Below are positions 1 through 8,797 of a DNA stretch of 29,650 nucleotides, one piece after another. The translations under genes were made by a program, and so were the position numbers. This DNA is from Candidatus Eiseniibacteriota bacterium (GTDB taxonomy: Bacteria > Eisenbacteria > RBG-16-71-46). The stretch lies in the NCBI GenBank assembly GCA_031364845.1, contig JANLWX010000170.1, positions 1 to 29,650 of the forward strand, in the 5' to 3' direction. The notes beneath the pieces were generated by a model. The model did not search any database, was not told the DNA's origin, and saw only the letters and a program-made list of their open reading frames with translations. Position 1 is the stretch's first letter. Each line of letters starts with the position of its first letter.

Positions 1-164
1 TGCGCCCGGGCACGGTGTTCATGACGCTCCACTTCCCCGACGACGTGACCACCAACCGTGTCACGATCAACGCGACCGATCCCAAGTCGGGCACCGCCGA
101 GTTCAAGGCGTGCGCGGTGAGGATCGAACCCGTCGCGGCCGCTCTCCATCGGGAGACCGCGTAG
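1..164 (+). CDS. 3' end (partial) of a molybdopterin oxidoreductase / formate dehydrogenase catalytic subunit, molybdopterin-dinucleotide-binding domain
   Basis: The frame starting at base 3 reads RPGTVFMTLHFPDDVTTNRVTINATDPKSGTAEFKACAVRIEP...TA, stop TAG 162-164. The 'DPxSxTxEFKxCAV' tail is typical of FdhF/FdsA. Not in the ORF track because the gene is truncated by the window edge. Confidence 0.88.
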   Translation, partial: RPGTVFMTLHFPDDVTTNRVTINATDPKSGTAEFKACAVRIEPVAAALHRETA

Positions 165-3007
165 TGGACATCCGCCTGCGCGATGCGCGTCCTTCGGGTG
201 AAGAGCAGGCGGCGGTGGATGCCGCGCTCGGACCGCCGCGATCATCGTGGGACGGCGGCGAGCGCGGGGACGTTCGCGACGCGCACACGGCACACGGCGG
301 ACACGAAGAGCGCGAGCGCCGGCAGTTCCTCTTGCCCGCGCTGCAGTCGCTGCAGTCGCGCGTCGGATGGGTGAGCGAAGGCGGGCTCAACTACGTGTGC
401 GAGCGGCTCGGCGTGCCGCCCGCCGAAGCGTGGTCGGTCGCGACGTTCTACGCCCTGATCGCAACCACGCCACGTCCGCGCCGCGTGGTGCACGTGTGCG
501 ACGACATCGCATGCCGCGCGCGCGGCGCGCGGGGTTTGTGCGAGCGGCTGACGCGTGAAGTCGGACCGGCGCTGGCGCACGCGCCCGAAGGCGACACGCT
601 GCACCATCATCCGGAGGTCGCGGCATGGGCGCCCTCGCCATGTCTCGGGTTGTGCGACGCGGCACCGGCGGCGTTGGTGACGGAGGCGGGTGAGACGCCT
701 GTCGAGATGTTGGTGGGGAATGTTTCGGTGGAGACGGTGCGGGCGATGATGCGTCCGTCGTCGCCGCCTGCGGCGACGACGACTGATGCCTCCGCGAGCC
801 CTCCACTCCCGCAGCAAGGCGATCCGTCGCTGACACTCCTGAAGCGCATCGGTGCCGTCGATCCCACAAGCCTCGACACATATCGCAACACCGGTGGCTA
901 TCGCGCGCTATCACGCGCGATAGAGCAGGGCCCCGAAGCCGTGATCCGCGAAGTCGAGACGGCGAAGCTCGTGGGACGCGGCGGTGCTGCGTTCCCCACG
1001 CATCGCAAGTGGGCTGCTGTGCGCGCACAGGCCGCGACGCCGCGCTATCTCGTCTGCAACGCCGACGAATCCGAACCCGGCACCTTCAAGGATCGCGTGC
1101 TGCTCTGCGGCGATCCGTTCGCTGTGGTCGAGGCGATGACGATCGCCGCGTTCGCGGCCGGATGTGCGAAGGGCTTCCTCTACGTCCGCGCCGAGTACCC
1201 GCTTCCTTACGAGCGGATGCGCCGCGCGATCGACGCCGCTCGCGCGGCCGGCCTGCTCGGCGAGCGCATTCTGGGAACGGACTTCTCGTTCGACATCGAA
1301 CTGCGCCGCGGATCGGGCGCCTACATCTGCGGCGAAGAGACCGCGCTGTTCGAATCGATCGAAGGCCGCCGCGGCGAGCCGCGCGTGAAGCCGCCGTTTC
1401 CGGTCGAGCGGGGATTGTTCGGCAAACCGACCGTGGTCAACAACGTCGAGACGCTGGTCAACGTGCTGCCGATCGTGCTCCACGGCGGCGACGCGTTCGC
1501 GCGCATCGGCACCGCGCAGTCGACCGGCACGCGGCTGTTCTGCCTGAGCGGCAATGTGCGCAAACCCGGCACGTACGAGATTCCGCTCCGCATGACGCTG
1601 CGGAAACTGATCGAACTCGCGGGCGGCATCGAGAGCGGCCGCACGCTGCAGGCCGTGCTGCTCGGGGGTGCCGCGGGGACGTTCCTGCGTCCCGAGGAGA
1701 TCGACATGCCGCTCACGCTCGAAGACGCGCGCGCCGCGAAGGCCACGCTCGGCTCGGGCGTGGTGATGGTGTTCGACGACACCGTCGACATGCGCGACAT
1801 CCTGCTGCGCATCGCCGCGTTCTTCCGGGACGAATCGTGCGGCCAGTGCGTGCCGTGCCGCGTGGGTACCGTGCGTCAGGAGGAAGCGCTCGACCGGCTG
1901 ATCCGCGGTCCGGCGCGCGGCAGCGTTGCGACGGAATTGAAGCTGATCGACGACGTCGGCGCCGGCATGCGCGATGGTTCGATCTGCGGGCTTGGACAGA
2001 CGGCGTACGCGGCGGTGGAGTCGGCGATCAAGCGGTTGCGGCTGTTTGGGGAGACGAATGGACGCGCGCTGGCCCCAGCGGGAAGTCCCGCGCCATCAAC
2101 CCGGGGAACACCGTCCCCCGGAACGGTTGAGATCCACGTCGACGGCCGCACGGTCCGCATGCGCGCGGGCGCCACGATCCTCGATGCATGCCGCTCGGTG
2201 GACATCGCGGTCCCCACGCTGTGCTTCCTCGAAACGCTGGCGCCCGCGAGCGCGTGTCGGCTGTGCGTGGTGGAAATCGAAGGCTCACGCGTGCTCGCGC
2301 CGAGCTGCTCGCGCGCGGCCGAAGACGGAATGGTCGTGCACACGGCATCGGAGCGCGTGCGCCACTCGCGGCGCATGGTGCTCGAGATGCTCGCGTCGTC
2401 GGTCGATCTTTCGACGGCGCCGGAGATGCAGAGGCTAGTGAAGGAGTATGGGTGCGAGGTGGAGCGGTATGGGCCGATGGTGGCGGGGCGGCCGCAGGCG
2501 GCGCACGCGGGACATCACACCCTGACCGATGCCGCTGGCGCGGCATCGGTCAGGCAAGCGGTAAAAATCGACAACGACCTCTACATCCGCGATCTCTCGA
2601 AATGCGTGCTGTGCTACAAGTGCGTCGAAGCCTGCGGCGAGGACCATCAGAACACGTTCGCGATCGCCGTCGCCGGGCGCGGATTCGACGCGCACATCTC
2701 GACCGAGTTCGACGCCCCCCTCAGCGACTCCGCGTGCGTGTACTGCGGCAACTGCATCGCCGTGTGCCCGACCGGCGCCTTGATGGCGAAGACCGAGTAC
2801 GACATGCGGACGGTCGGGACTTGGGACGAGTCGCGTCAGACGGCCACCGATACCATCTGTCCGTACTGTGGCGTCGGATGTACGTTGCGCCTGCATGTTC
2901 AGGACGGACGCATCGTGAAGGCGACTTCGCCGCTCGATCAGCCGATCACGCTCGGGAATTTGTGCATCAAGGGGCGGTTTGGGTGGAGGTTTGTGCAGCC
3001 TGGTTAA
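164..3007 (+). CDS. Fused NAD-linked diaphorase/electron-transfer subunit: NuoE-like (2Fe-2S) + NuoF-like (FMN/NADH, 4Fe-4S) + FdsA/NuoG N-terminal Fe-S domains
   Basis: GTG at 164 overlaps the upstream TAG, with SD GGGAG at 151-155. Motifs in order: CDDIAC...CLGLC; GRGGAAFP; CNADESEPGTFKDR; GAYICGEETAL; CGQCVPCRVG...CGLG; PTLC..ACRLC..PSC; CVLCYKCVEAC; CVYCGNCIAVCP; CPYCGVGC...LCIKGRFG. Confidence 0.9.
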   Translation: MDIRLRDARPSGEEQAAVDAALGPPRSSWDGGERGDVRDAHTAHGGHEERERRQFLLPALQSLQSRVGWVSEGGLNYVCERLGVPPAEAWSVATFYALIATTPRPRRVVHVCDDIACRARGARGLCERLTREVGPALAHAPEGDTLHHHPEVAAWAPSPCLGLCDAAPAALVTEAGETPVEMLVGNVSVETVRAMMRPSSPPAATTTDASASPPLPQQGDPSLTLLKRIGAVDPTSLDTYRNTGGYRALSRAIEQGPEAVIREVETAKLVGRGGAAFPTHRKWAAVRAQAATPRYLVCNADESEPGTFKDRVLLCGDPFAVVEAMTIAAFAAGCAKGFLYVRAEYPLPYERMRRAIDAARAAGLLGERILGTDFSFDIELRRGSGAYICGEETALFESIEGRRGEPRVKPPFPVERGLFGKPTVVNNVETLVNVLPIVLHGGDAFARIGTAQSTGTRLFCLSGNVRKPGTYEIPLRMTLRKLIELAGGIESGRTLQAVLLGGAAGTFLRPEEIDMPLTLEDARAAKATLGSGVVMVFDDTVDMRDILLRIAAFFRDESCGQCVPCRVGTVRQEEALDRLIRGPARGSVATELKLIDDVGAGMRDGSICGLGQTAYAAVESAIKRLRLFGETNGRALAPAGSPAPSTRGTPSPGTVEIHVDGRTVRMRAGATILDACRSVDIAVPTLCFLETLAPASACRLCVVEIEGSRVLAPSCSRAAEDGMVVHTASERVRHSRRMVLEMLASSVDLSTAPEMQRLVKEYGCEVERYGPMVAGRPQAAHAGHHTLTDAAGAASVRQAVKIDNDLYIRDLSKCVLCYKCVEACGEDHQNTFAIAVAGRGFDAHISTEFDAPLSDSACVYCGNCIAVCPTGALMAKTEYDMRTVGTWDESRQTATDTICPYCGVGCTLRLHVQDGRIVKATSPLDQPITLGNLCIKGRFGWRFVQPG

Positions 3008-3151
3008 TCCAACTCGCCTGCGGCGAGTTGGAATCGCAACTGTCCGCAAGGACAGTTGCCGCGGCGGCGAGGCCGCAACGGACTTACGGGGCACCAAGCT
3101 GATTCAACTCGCCTGCGGCGAGTTGAATTGCGACTGTCCTCACGGACAGTC
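3008..3151. repeat. Two-copy repeat of a double-hairpin unit (REP-like or structured RNA), 95-nt period
   Basis: Copy 1: TCCAACTCGCC-TGC-GGCGAGTTGGA (3008-3032) and GCAACTGTCC-GCAA-GGACAGTTGC (3036-3059). Copy 2: ATTCAACTCGCC-TGC-GGCGAGTTGAAT (3102-3128) and GACTGTCC-TCAC-GGACAGTC (3132-3151). Confidence 0.9.
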
Positions 3152-3153
3152 CG

Positions 3154-3162
3154 TGATAACGT
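3154..3162 (+). promoter_or_regulatory. Extended -10 promoter for a probably leaderless lysC transcript
   Basis: TGA-TAACGT (TGn-TANNNT) ends 6 nt before the ATG at 3169, and there is no SD before that ATG. Confidence 0.5.
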
Positions 3163-3168
3163 GCTCCC

Positions 3169-4386
3169 ATGTCCCTCTACGTCCACAAGTACGGTGGCAC
3201 CTCCGTCGCAAGCCCCGAGCGCATCCGCGCCGTCGCCCAGCGCGCCGCCCGCGTGCGCCAGGCCGGAAACGGCCTCGTCGTCGTGGTCTCGGCGATGGGC
3301 CGCACCACCGATGAGCTGATCCAGCTCGCGCACGAAGTCTCGGCCAAGCCCGACCGGCGCGAACTCGACATGCTGCTCACCGTGGGCGAGCGCATCACCA
3401 TGGCGCTGCTCGCCATGGCGCTCCAGGATCTCGGCGTCGAAGCGCTGTCGTTCACCGGCTCGCAGAGCGGCATCCTCACCGACAACCGTCACAACGCCGC
3501 GCGCATCGTCGAAGTGAAACCCGATCGCATCCGCGCCGAATTGGACCGCGGCCGCGTCGTGATCGTCGCGGGCTTCCAGGGCGTGAACCCCGAGACCCGC
3601 GAGATCACGACTCTGGGACGCGGAGGCTCGGACACCACCGCGGTCGCACTCGCCGCCGCACTGGGCCCCGCGATCTGCGAGATCTACACGGACGTTTCGG
3701 GCGTCTACACCGCCGATCCCCGCGTCGCATCGCACGCCCGCGTGATCTCGCGGCTCGGATATCGCGTGTGCTCGACCCTCGCCCACCTCGGCAGCCGCGT
3801 CCTGCACGCGCGCTGCGTCGACCTTGCCGCACGCCACCACGTGCCGCTCACGGTGCGCTCGTCGTTCGACGAGCTGCCCGGCACCTTCATCGGAGACGAC
3901 GATATGGAAGGACCACGCATCGAAGCCATCGCACACCGTGACGACGTCTCGATCGCCGTCGCCGAAGGCAACGCCGGCGGCCGCGGCGAAGCGCGCGGCA
4001 TGATCGAGAGCGTCGCCGCCGCACTTCCCGAGCTGGAGTTGATCGCCCACGAACAGGCCGGCGGCCAGCATCACGCGATCGTGTGGCTCGGCACGCGCGC
4101 CGACGTGGACGCGCTGCAGTCCCGCTTCCGCGAACTTCGGGGGCCGGGCATGGAGTGGCGGCTCGAAGTCGAGCACGACACGGCGTTCGTGTCGGTCGTG
4201 GGACTCGGCATGGGGGCGATCGAAGCCGCGCGCGCCGAGGCGGCGCTGGAGCGCAGTGGAATTCCGATCGTGGCATTGAGGACGACGCCGACGGCGCTCA
4301 TCTTCCGGGTCGGCAAGGGACGCTGCACCGATGCAGTGAGGGCGCTGCACGCGGGGCTGCTGGAGCCGGCGGTGGCGCGGGTCTAA
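3169..4386 (+). CDS. lysC: Aspartate kinase (alpha subunit; beta subunit probably from internal Met246)
   Basis: [35 protein letters not shown] and [14 protein letters not shown] motifs, followed by two diverged ACT-like domains. Confidence 0.93.
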   Translation: MSLYVHKYGGTSVASPERIRAVAQRAARVRQAGNGLVVVVSAMGRTTDELIQLAHEVSAKPDRRELDMLLTVGERITMALLAMALQDLGVEALSFTGSQSGILTDNRHNAARIVEVKPDRIRAELDRGRVVIVAGFQGVNPETREITTLGRGGSDTTAVALAAALGPAICEIYTDVSGVYTADPRVASHARVISRLGYRVCSTLAHLGSRVLHARCVDLAARHHVPLTVRSSFDELPGTFIGDDDMEGPRIEAIAHRDDVSIAVAEGNAGGRGEARGMIESVAAALPELELIAHEQAGGQHHAIVWLGTRADVDALQSRFRELRGPGMEWRLEVEHDTAFVSVVGLGMGAIEAARAEAALERSGIPIVALRTTPTALIFRVGKGRCTDAVRALHAGLLEPAVARV

Positions 4387-4405
4387 GCGGCTAACAAACC
4401 GCTCC

Positions 4406-7057
4406 TCACTCGTACAGGACGACCTTTCGGGTCAGCTTGACCCCACCTCCGGCCACTCGGAGGAAGTACATCCCTGGACGGACGCGCTTCGTGGAACGGT
4501 AGGTTCCCGGCCCGGTCTGGCCACCGATGCGGCCGGAGTCCGCCACCCTCCCCGCCAGATCCAGGATGTCGACCCGCGCGAACGCGGCAGTTCCGAGATC
4601 GTAGTCAATCTCGACGCGGCCGTTCATGAGACGTGCGTGCACCATGACCGGGCTCGGGACAGCGACCGGAGCCCGATCAACGTCCACTTCCACTTCCGCA
4701 GACACGACCCTGCCGGCCAGGTCCTCCAGGCGAAACCAGTATCGCCACCCTTCCAGAACGCTGGCATCACGAGTCACCAACTCTCCATCGAGTCCGCTCG
4801 TTGCATGGGCCACGACCGCCCACCGCGAGAGGTAGTCGCGGCGGGCCAGCCGGAACTCGCATTCGCGACACGAGCCCGTATCCCACACGATCTCAGCTCT
4901 GCGCCGATCGTCTCCTGCGTGGCCCGTGATCGTGACCACCGCCGTCGTCGTGTCGTAACGGCCAATAAGAGGAGTGAAGGTTCCATAAATGCCGTGCGCC
5001 ACGAGCACGTCGATCCGGGCATCACCGTTGAGAGACCAGGTAGCGATGTCGGCGGGATACTTGCCGACGCCATACTCGGTTGCCGCGACTACTTTGCCAA
5101 GATTGTTGCAACGCACGACCGTTGCACCGTAGGTCCCGACACTGGCCACGGCAATGATATATTGACCCGAGGCATCGCGATCGATCGCGATCGCAGTCGG
5201 ACCTTTGCCCACAGGAACGGTCGATCTCGGTTGGAGGTCGAGACCGTTGACGGTGAGGATCGAGCACGTTCTGTCCGTGCTGTTCACTACCGCCACGAGC
5301 TCGTGGCTCGTGACCACATCCGAAGGTGCTCGCCCGACCGGAAACGAACCCTGAATTACTCCCTTACCCTGTCCCGTGCTGCGAAAGATCCTGAGCGTGT
5401 TCGTGCGCAAGTCGGAGACGATCGCATCGGCGAGCCCGTCTCCATCGAGGTCTCTCGCAACCATGCCTCTAGACTGCAGGTTCCAGGGCGTCACGACCGG
5501 CGACTCAAATACTCCGTTGTTCGAAAGAAACACGGACATGCCGATCGTGTTTCGCACCGCAATGTCGTCGATGTGGTCGCCATCGAAGTCCGCGACGGCG
5601 AAGCCGTGTGGCGACGTGCTCGGAATGGACTGTATGAGCGTGAAGTGGCCGGAGCCGTCCCCGGTAGCGACGTGCAATCGACTCTCCAGCAGGTCATTCA
5701 CGACAACGTCAACCAGGTGATCGCCGTTCACATCCCCAGCTCGCATTTCAGACGGGGCGCCGCCGGGCAGGCTCGAGACCATCGGCACGCCCAACTCGCC
5801 GTTTGGACCCGACAGTCGAACCACCACCGCATCGTCAGCGTTCAGGGCAACCAGATCAACGCGACCGTCTCCATTGACATCAGCCTGCTGCAGGCGACCC
5901 GGCCGGAAGCCCGCATCAAAAGTCCCATCGATGCCGAAGTCCGTACCGACGGCCAAGGCAGTAGTGATGGAGCTGGATTCGTCATTCAAGGCGACGACGT
6001 CGCGATGCCCGTCAACATTGGCGTCGATTACAGAGACGCGCGTCGGCCGCCGTCCCGACTTCAGCTCCCGACCAAAGCTCGGAATCCCTGCACGGCTCAA
6101 TTCGAACACCCGGAGCACATCGTCCGACGCGGCAGCAATCACTTCCTGGCGACCGTCCCCCATCACGTCGAGCGAGGCGAGGCCCAGGCACGCCATGCAG
6201 TCCGCATCACCGCCCGCGGCAAACTGGCCGTCGCCGACGTTGACCATCGTGGATAGCGTTCCGTTCATCGTGGCGAACACGAGGTCGACGGCATGGTCAT
6301 CGGTGAAGTCGAACGCAAGCAGAGAACCCGCCCCTCTTCCGACCGAATAGTGCTGGCTGGACGCGAACGCCCTTGGCCCTGACGCAAGTCCGACGCCGAT
6401 CCCGCTGATCTCGGGCTGACCTCCTTGGTATTCCGACCACACCAGATCGGACAGGCCGTCAGAGTTGAGATCGGCCACCTTCAAGTCGTTTACGGGCCCC
6501 CACGTCGTAATCGCGAGCCGCTGTCCCCACGCACCTCCACCCCGTCCGCAGACGATTGAAATCGTGCGATTGGAATTGCCTGAAACGATGTCGAGCTTGC
6601 CATCGCCATCCACATCCGTCACTGCCAACCTGAAACTGATCGCTCCGGTCGAGATCACCGCCGATTGCTGGAACGCACCCGTGCCGTTTCCGTTGCAGAC
6701 CAGGATTCTTCCGCCGGAAACATCATCTCCGACAACGATGTCGAGCCAGTTGTCCGCATTGAGGTAGCCCGCCGCGATGGACCTGGGAGAATAGGACAAG
6801 TAGTCGAGATGAGCCTGGGAGAACCCACCGTTTCCGTCTCCCTTCATGAAGATGAGCCTATCCCCGCCCTGGACCACGAAGTCCGGAATACCATCGGCGT
6901 TGAAGTCACCTTCGCAGGATCGCAAGGATCCCGCGTCACCGACCGGGCTCGAAATGAGCGGCGCATCGAATTCGGGGGCACCGATGGCGCTGGCACGCGC
7001 AACCCCTGCCCAGGCGGCGATGATGAGCACCAGCGCACGTCGGAGGCACGGGATCAC
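4406..7057 (-). CDS. Secreted FG-GAP/VCBS repeat protein with FN3-like and T9SS-type-like C-terminal domains
   Basis: Signal-peptide-like N-terminus (RRALVLIIAAWAGVARA) and about 14 DxNxDGxxD-type repeats. C-terminus reads ILDLAGR...PGMYFLRV...TRKVVL. GTG 7057 has GGAG 6 nt upstream; the alternative start is 7069. Confidence 0.85.
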   Translation of the reverse strand: MIPCLRRALVLIIAAWAGVARASAIGAPEFDAPLISSPVGDAGSLRSCEGDFNADGIPDFVVQGGDRLIFMKGDGNGGFSQAHLDYLSYSPRSIAAGYLNADNWLDIVVGDDVSGGRILVCNGNGTGAFQQSAVISTGAISFRLAVTDVDGDGKLDIVSGNSNRTISIVCGRGGGAWGQRLAITTWGPVNDLKVADLNSDGLSDLVWSEYQGGQPEISGIGVGLASGPRAFASSQHYSVGRGAGSLLAFDFTDDHAVDLVFATMNGTLSTMVNVGDGQFAAGGDADCMACLGLASLDVMGDGRQEVIAAASDDVLRVFELSRAGIPSFGRELKSGRRPTRVSVIDANVDGHRDVVALNDESSSITTALAVGTDFGIDGTFDAGFRPGRLQQADVNGDGRVDLVALNADDAVVVRLSGPNGELGVPMVSSLPGGAPSEMRAGDVNGDHLVDVVVNDLLESRLHVATGDGSGHFTLIQSIPSTSPHGFAVADFDGDHIDDIAVRNTIGMSVFLSNNGVFESPVVTPWNLQSRGMVARDLDGDGLADAIVSDLRTNTLRIFRSTGQGKGVIQGSFPVGRAPSDVVTSHELVAVVNSTDRTCSILTVNGLDLQPRSTVPVGKGPTAIAIDRDASGQYIIAVASVGTYGATVVRCNNLGKVVAATEYGVGKYPADIATWSLNGDARIDVLVAHGIYGTFTPLIGRYDTTTAVVTITGHAGDDRRRAEIVWDTGSCRECEFRLARRDYLSRWAVVAHATSGLDGELVTRDASVLEGWRYWFRLEDLAGRVVSAEVEVDVDRAPVAVPSPVMVHARLMNGRVEIDYDLGTAAFARVDILDLAGRVADSGRIGGQTGPGTYRSTKRVRPGMYFLRVAGGGVKLTRKVVLYE

Positions 7058-7148
7058 GGACTTCTCCACAAGGAGTGACGGGCAGGACGGCGAATTCGCG
7101 TGGCGAGACGTGGCAGGCCCCGCACGACTTGAACGCTCTGCGGTGTGC

Positions 7149-7157
7149 AGCTTACCA
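7149..7157 (-). promoter_or_regulatory. Possible extended -10 element for the FG-GAP gene
   Basis: TGG-TAAGCT on the minus strand just after the glgA stop. No convincing -35. Confidence 0.3.
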
Positions 7158-7162
7158 CGCCC

Positions 7163-8704
7163 TCAGATCGTCGCCCGCACCCGCTCCATCGTCCGCGCCG
7201 ATCCCTTCGCCACGCTCGCGCGGGCCTCTTCGTAGAGCGCGTCGTACTCCTTAGCGCTCCGGCCCCACGAGAAGTCCTGGCCCATGCCGGTCTTCTGCAG
7301 CACGCGCCACAGGTCGCGCTGCTTGTGGATCGCGAGCGCGCGCCGCAACGCGGCGACCATCTCCTGCGCTTCGAAGCGGTGGAACAGGAATCCGTTCCCG
7401 GCGCGCGTCAACGGATCGAATTCGGTCACCGTGTCCGCCAGCCCGCCGGTCTCGCGCACGACGGGCACCGTGCCGTATCTCAGGCTGTACATCTGATTGA
7501 GGCCGCACGGCTCGTAGCGTGAGGGCATGAAGAAGATATCGGCGCCGCCTTCGATCACGTGGGCGAAGGATTCGTCGTAGCCCGACCGGTAGCACACGCG
7601 CGTGGGATGCGCGGCGGCAAGGTCGCGGATGAATTCGGTGTAGCGCGGCGCGCCGGTGCCCAGGATCACGAAGCGCGCGTCGAGTTTCATCAACTCGTCA
7701 CTCGCCTCCTCGATCAGATCGAAACCCTTCTGCTCGACCAGGCGCGACACCATGCCCACGATCGGCATGCCGTTCGAAGGAAGTCCGCACGCGGCGGCGA
7801 GCGCGGCGCGCACTTCGGCTTTGCGTTCGAGATGATCGGCGTCGTAGTTCGCGGGGAGCTCTCGATCGGTCGCGGGGTTCCACACTTCGACATCGATGCC
7901 GTTGAGAATCCCGCGCAGATCCCCGTTGCGGCGCGCGAGCACGCCTTCCAACCCGAAGCCGAATTCGCCGGTGGTCTGGATCTCTCGCGCGTAGCGCGGG
8001 CTCACGGTCGAGAGTTTGTCGGCGAACGCGAGGCCGACCTTCATGTAGTTCACGCGGCCCCAGAATTCGAACGGGCTCTGAGGGTAGAACACCTCGCCGC
8101 CGAAGCCGGCGAGCGCGAGCACCCACGAATCGTAGATCCCCTGATATCCGAGATTGTGGATCGTGAGCACGGTCGCGAGGTCTTTGAACGCGCTCTCGTA
8201 GGCTTCGTGCGTGCGCACGAAACACGTCGCCCACGCTGCCTGATGATCGTGCGCGTGGAGGATGTCGAACCGCTCGGCGAGGAGCTTAAGGCCTTCGAGC
8301 GCGGCACGGCAGAAGAACAGGAACCGTTCGGCGTTGTCGGGATAGGCTTCGCCGGTCGCGGGGTCGTCGTAGATGCCGGCGCGTTCGAAGTACTTGCGCT
8401 CACCGTCGTGGCCCACGGTCAGCACGCGCAACGTGCCGCCGCCCGCGAACGGCGGGGATTCGAGAAGCGCGAAGCCCGCCTTCTCGTTCGCCATGCCCCA
8501 CGGCACATCGACGCCGGGCAGCGCGCGGCGCGTCCAGCCAGCGGGCACTTCGAGCGTGCGATAGGCGGGCAGCGCCACCGTCACGCGATGGCCGTGATGC
8601 GCCTGCTCGATCGAGAGAGCTCCCACCATGTCGGCGAGCCCGCCGACCTTGGCGAGCGGGGCCACTTCGCCGGCGACATGGATGATCGAGAGCGGTCCGC
8701 TCAT
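7163..8704 (-). CDS. glgA: Glycogen synthase (GT5)
   Basis: EVAPLAKVGGLAD, HAHDHQ, TIHNLGYQG, GILNGID, SRLVEQKG and PSRYEPCGLNQMYSLRYG motifs. Start placed at ATG 8704 (GGAG 6 nt upstream); 8710 is possible. Confidence 0.95.
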   Translation of the reverse strand: MSGPLSIIHVAGEVAPLAKVGGLADMVGALSIEQAHHGHRVTVALPAYRTLEVPAGWTRRALPGVDVPWGMANEKAGFALLESPPFAGGGTLRVLTVGHDGERKYFERAGIYDDPATGEAYPDNAERFLFFCRAALEGLKLLAERFDILHAHDHQAAWATCFVRTHEAYESAFKDLATVLTIHNLGYQGIYDSWVLALAGFGGEVFYPQSPFEFWGRVNYMKVGLAFADKLSTVSPRYAREIQTTGEFGFGLEGVLARRNGDLRGILNGIDVEVWNPATDRELPANYDADHLERKAEVRAALAAACGLPSNGMPIVGMVSRLVEQKGFDLIEEASDELMKLDARFVILGTGAPRYTEFIRDLAAAHPTRVCYRSGYDESFAHVIEGGADIFFMPSRYEPCGLNQMYSLRYGTVPVVRETGGLADTVTEFDPLTRAGNGFLFHRFEAQEMVAALRRALAIHKQRDLWRVLQKTGMGQDFSWGRSAKEYDALYEEARASVAKGSARTMERVRATI

Positions 8705-8797
8705 GGGCATCTCCGCGGCGCTGGACAAAGGCGAATCGCGTCGGGCGCGCACGCGCGGCGTGAACTGACGCACCGCATCATCGGGACGACCTTGGGC

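Noticed and set aside
110..163. ORF-track start for the NuoEF fusion at 110
   Set aside because: It overlaps the upstream catalytic-subunit gene. GTG 164, with an SD and stop/start overlap, is the better start.
3008..3151. CRISPR array or lysine riboswitch interpretation of the repeat
   Set aside because: Only two imperfect units and no cas genes. No lysine-riboswitch consensus is visible, and lysC appears leaderless.
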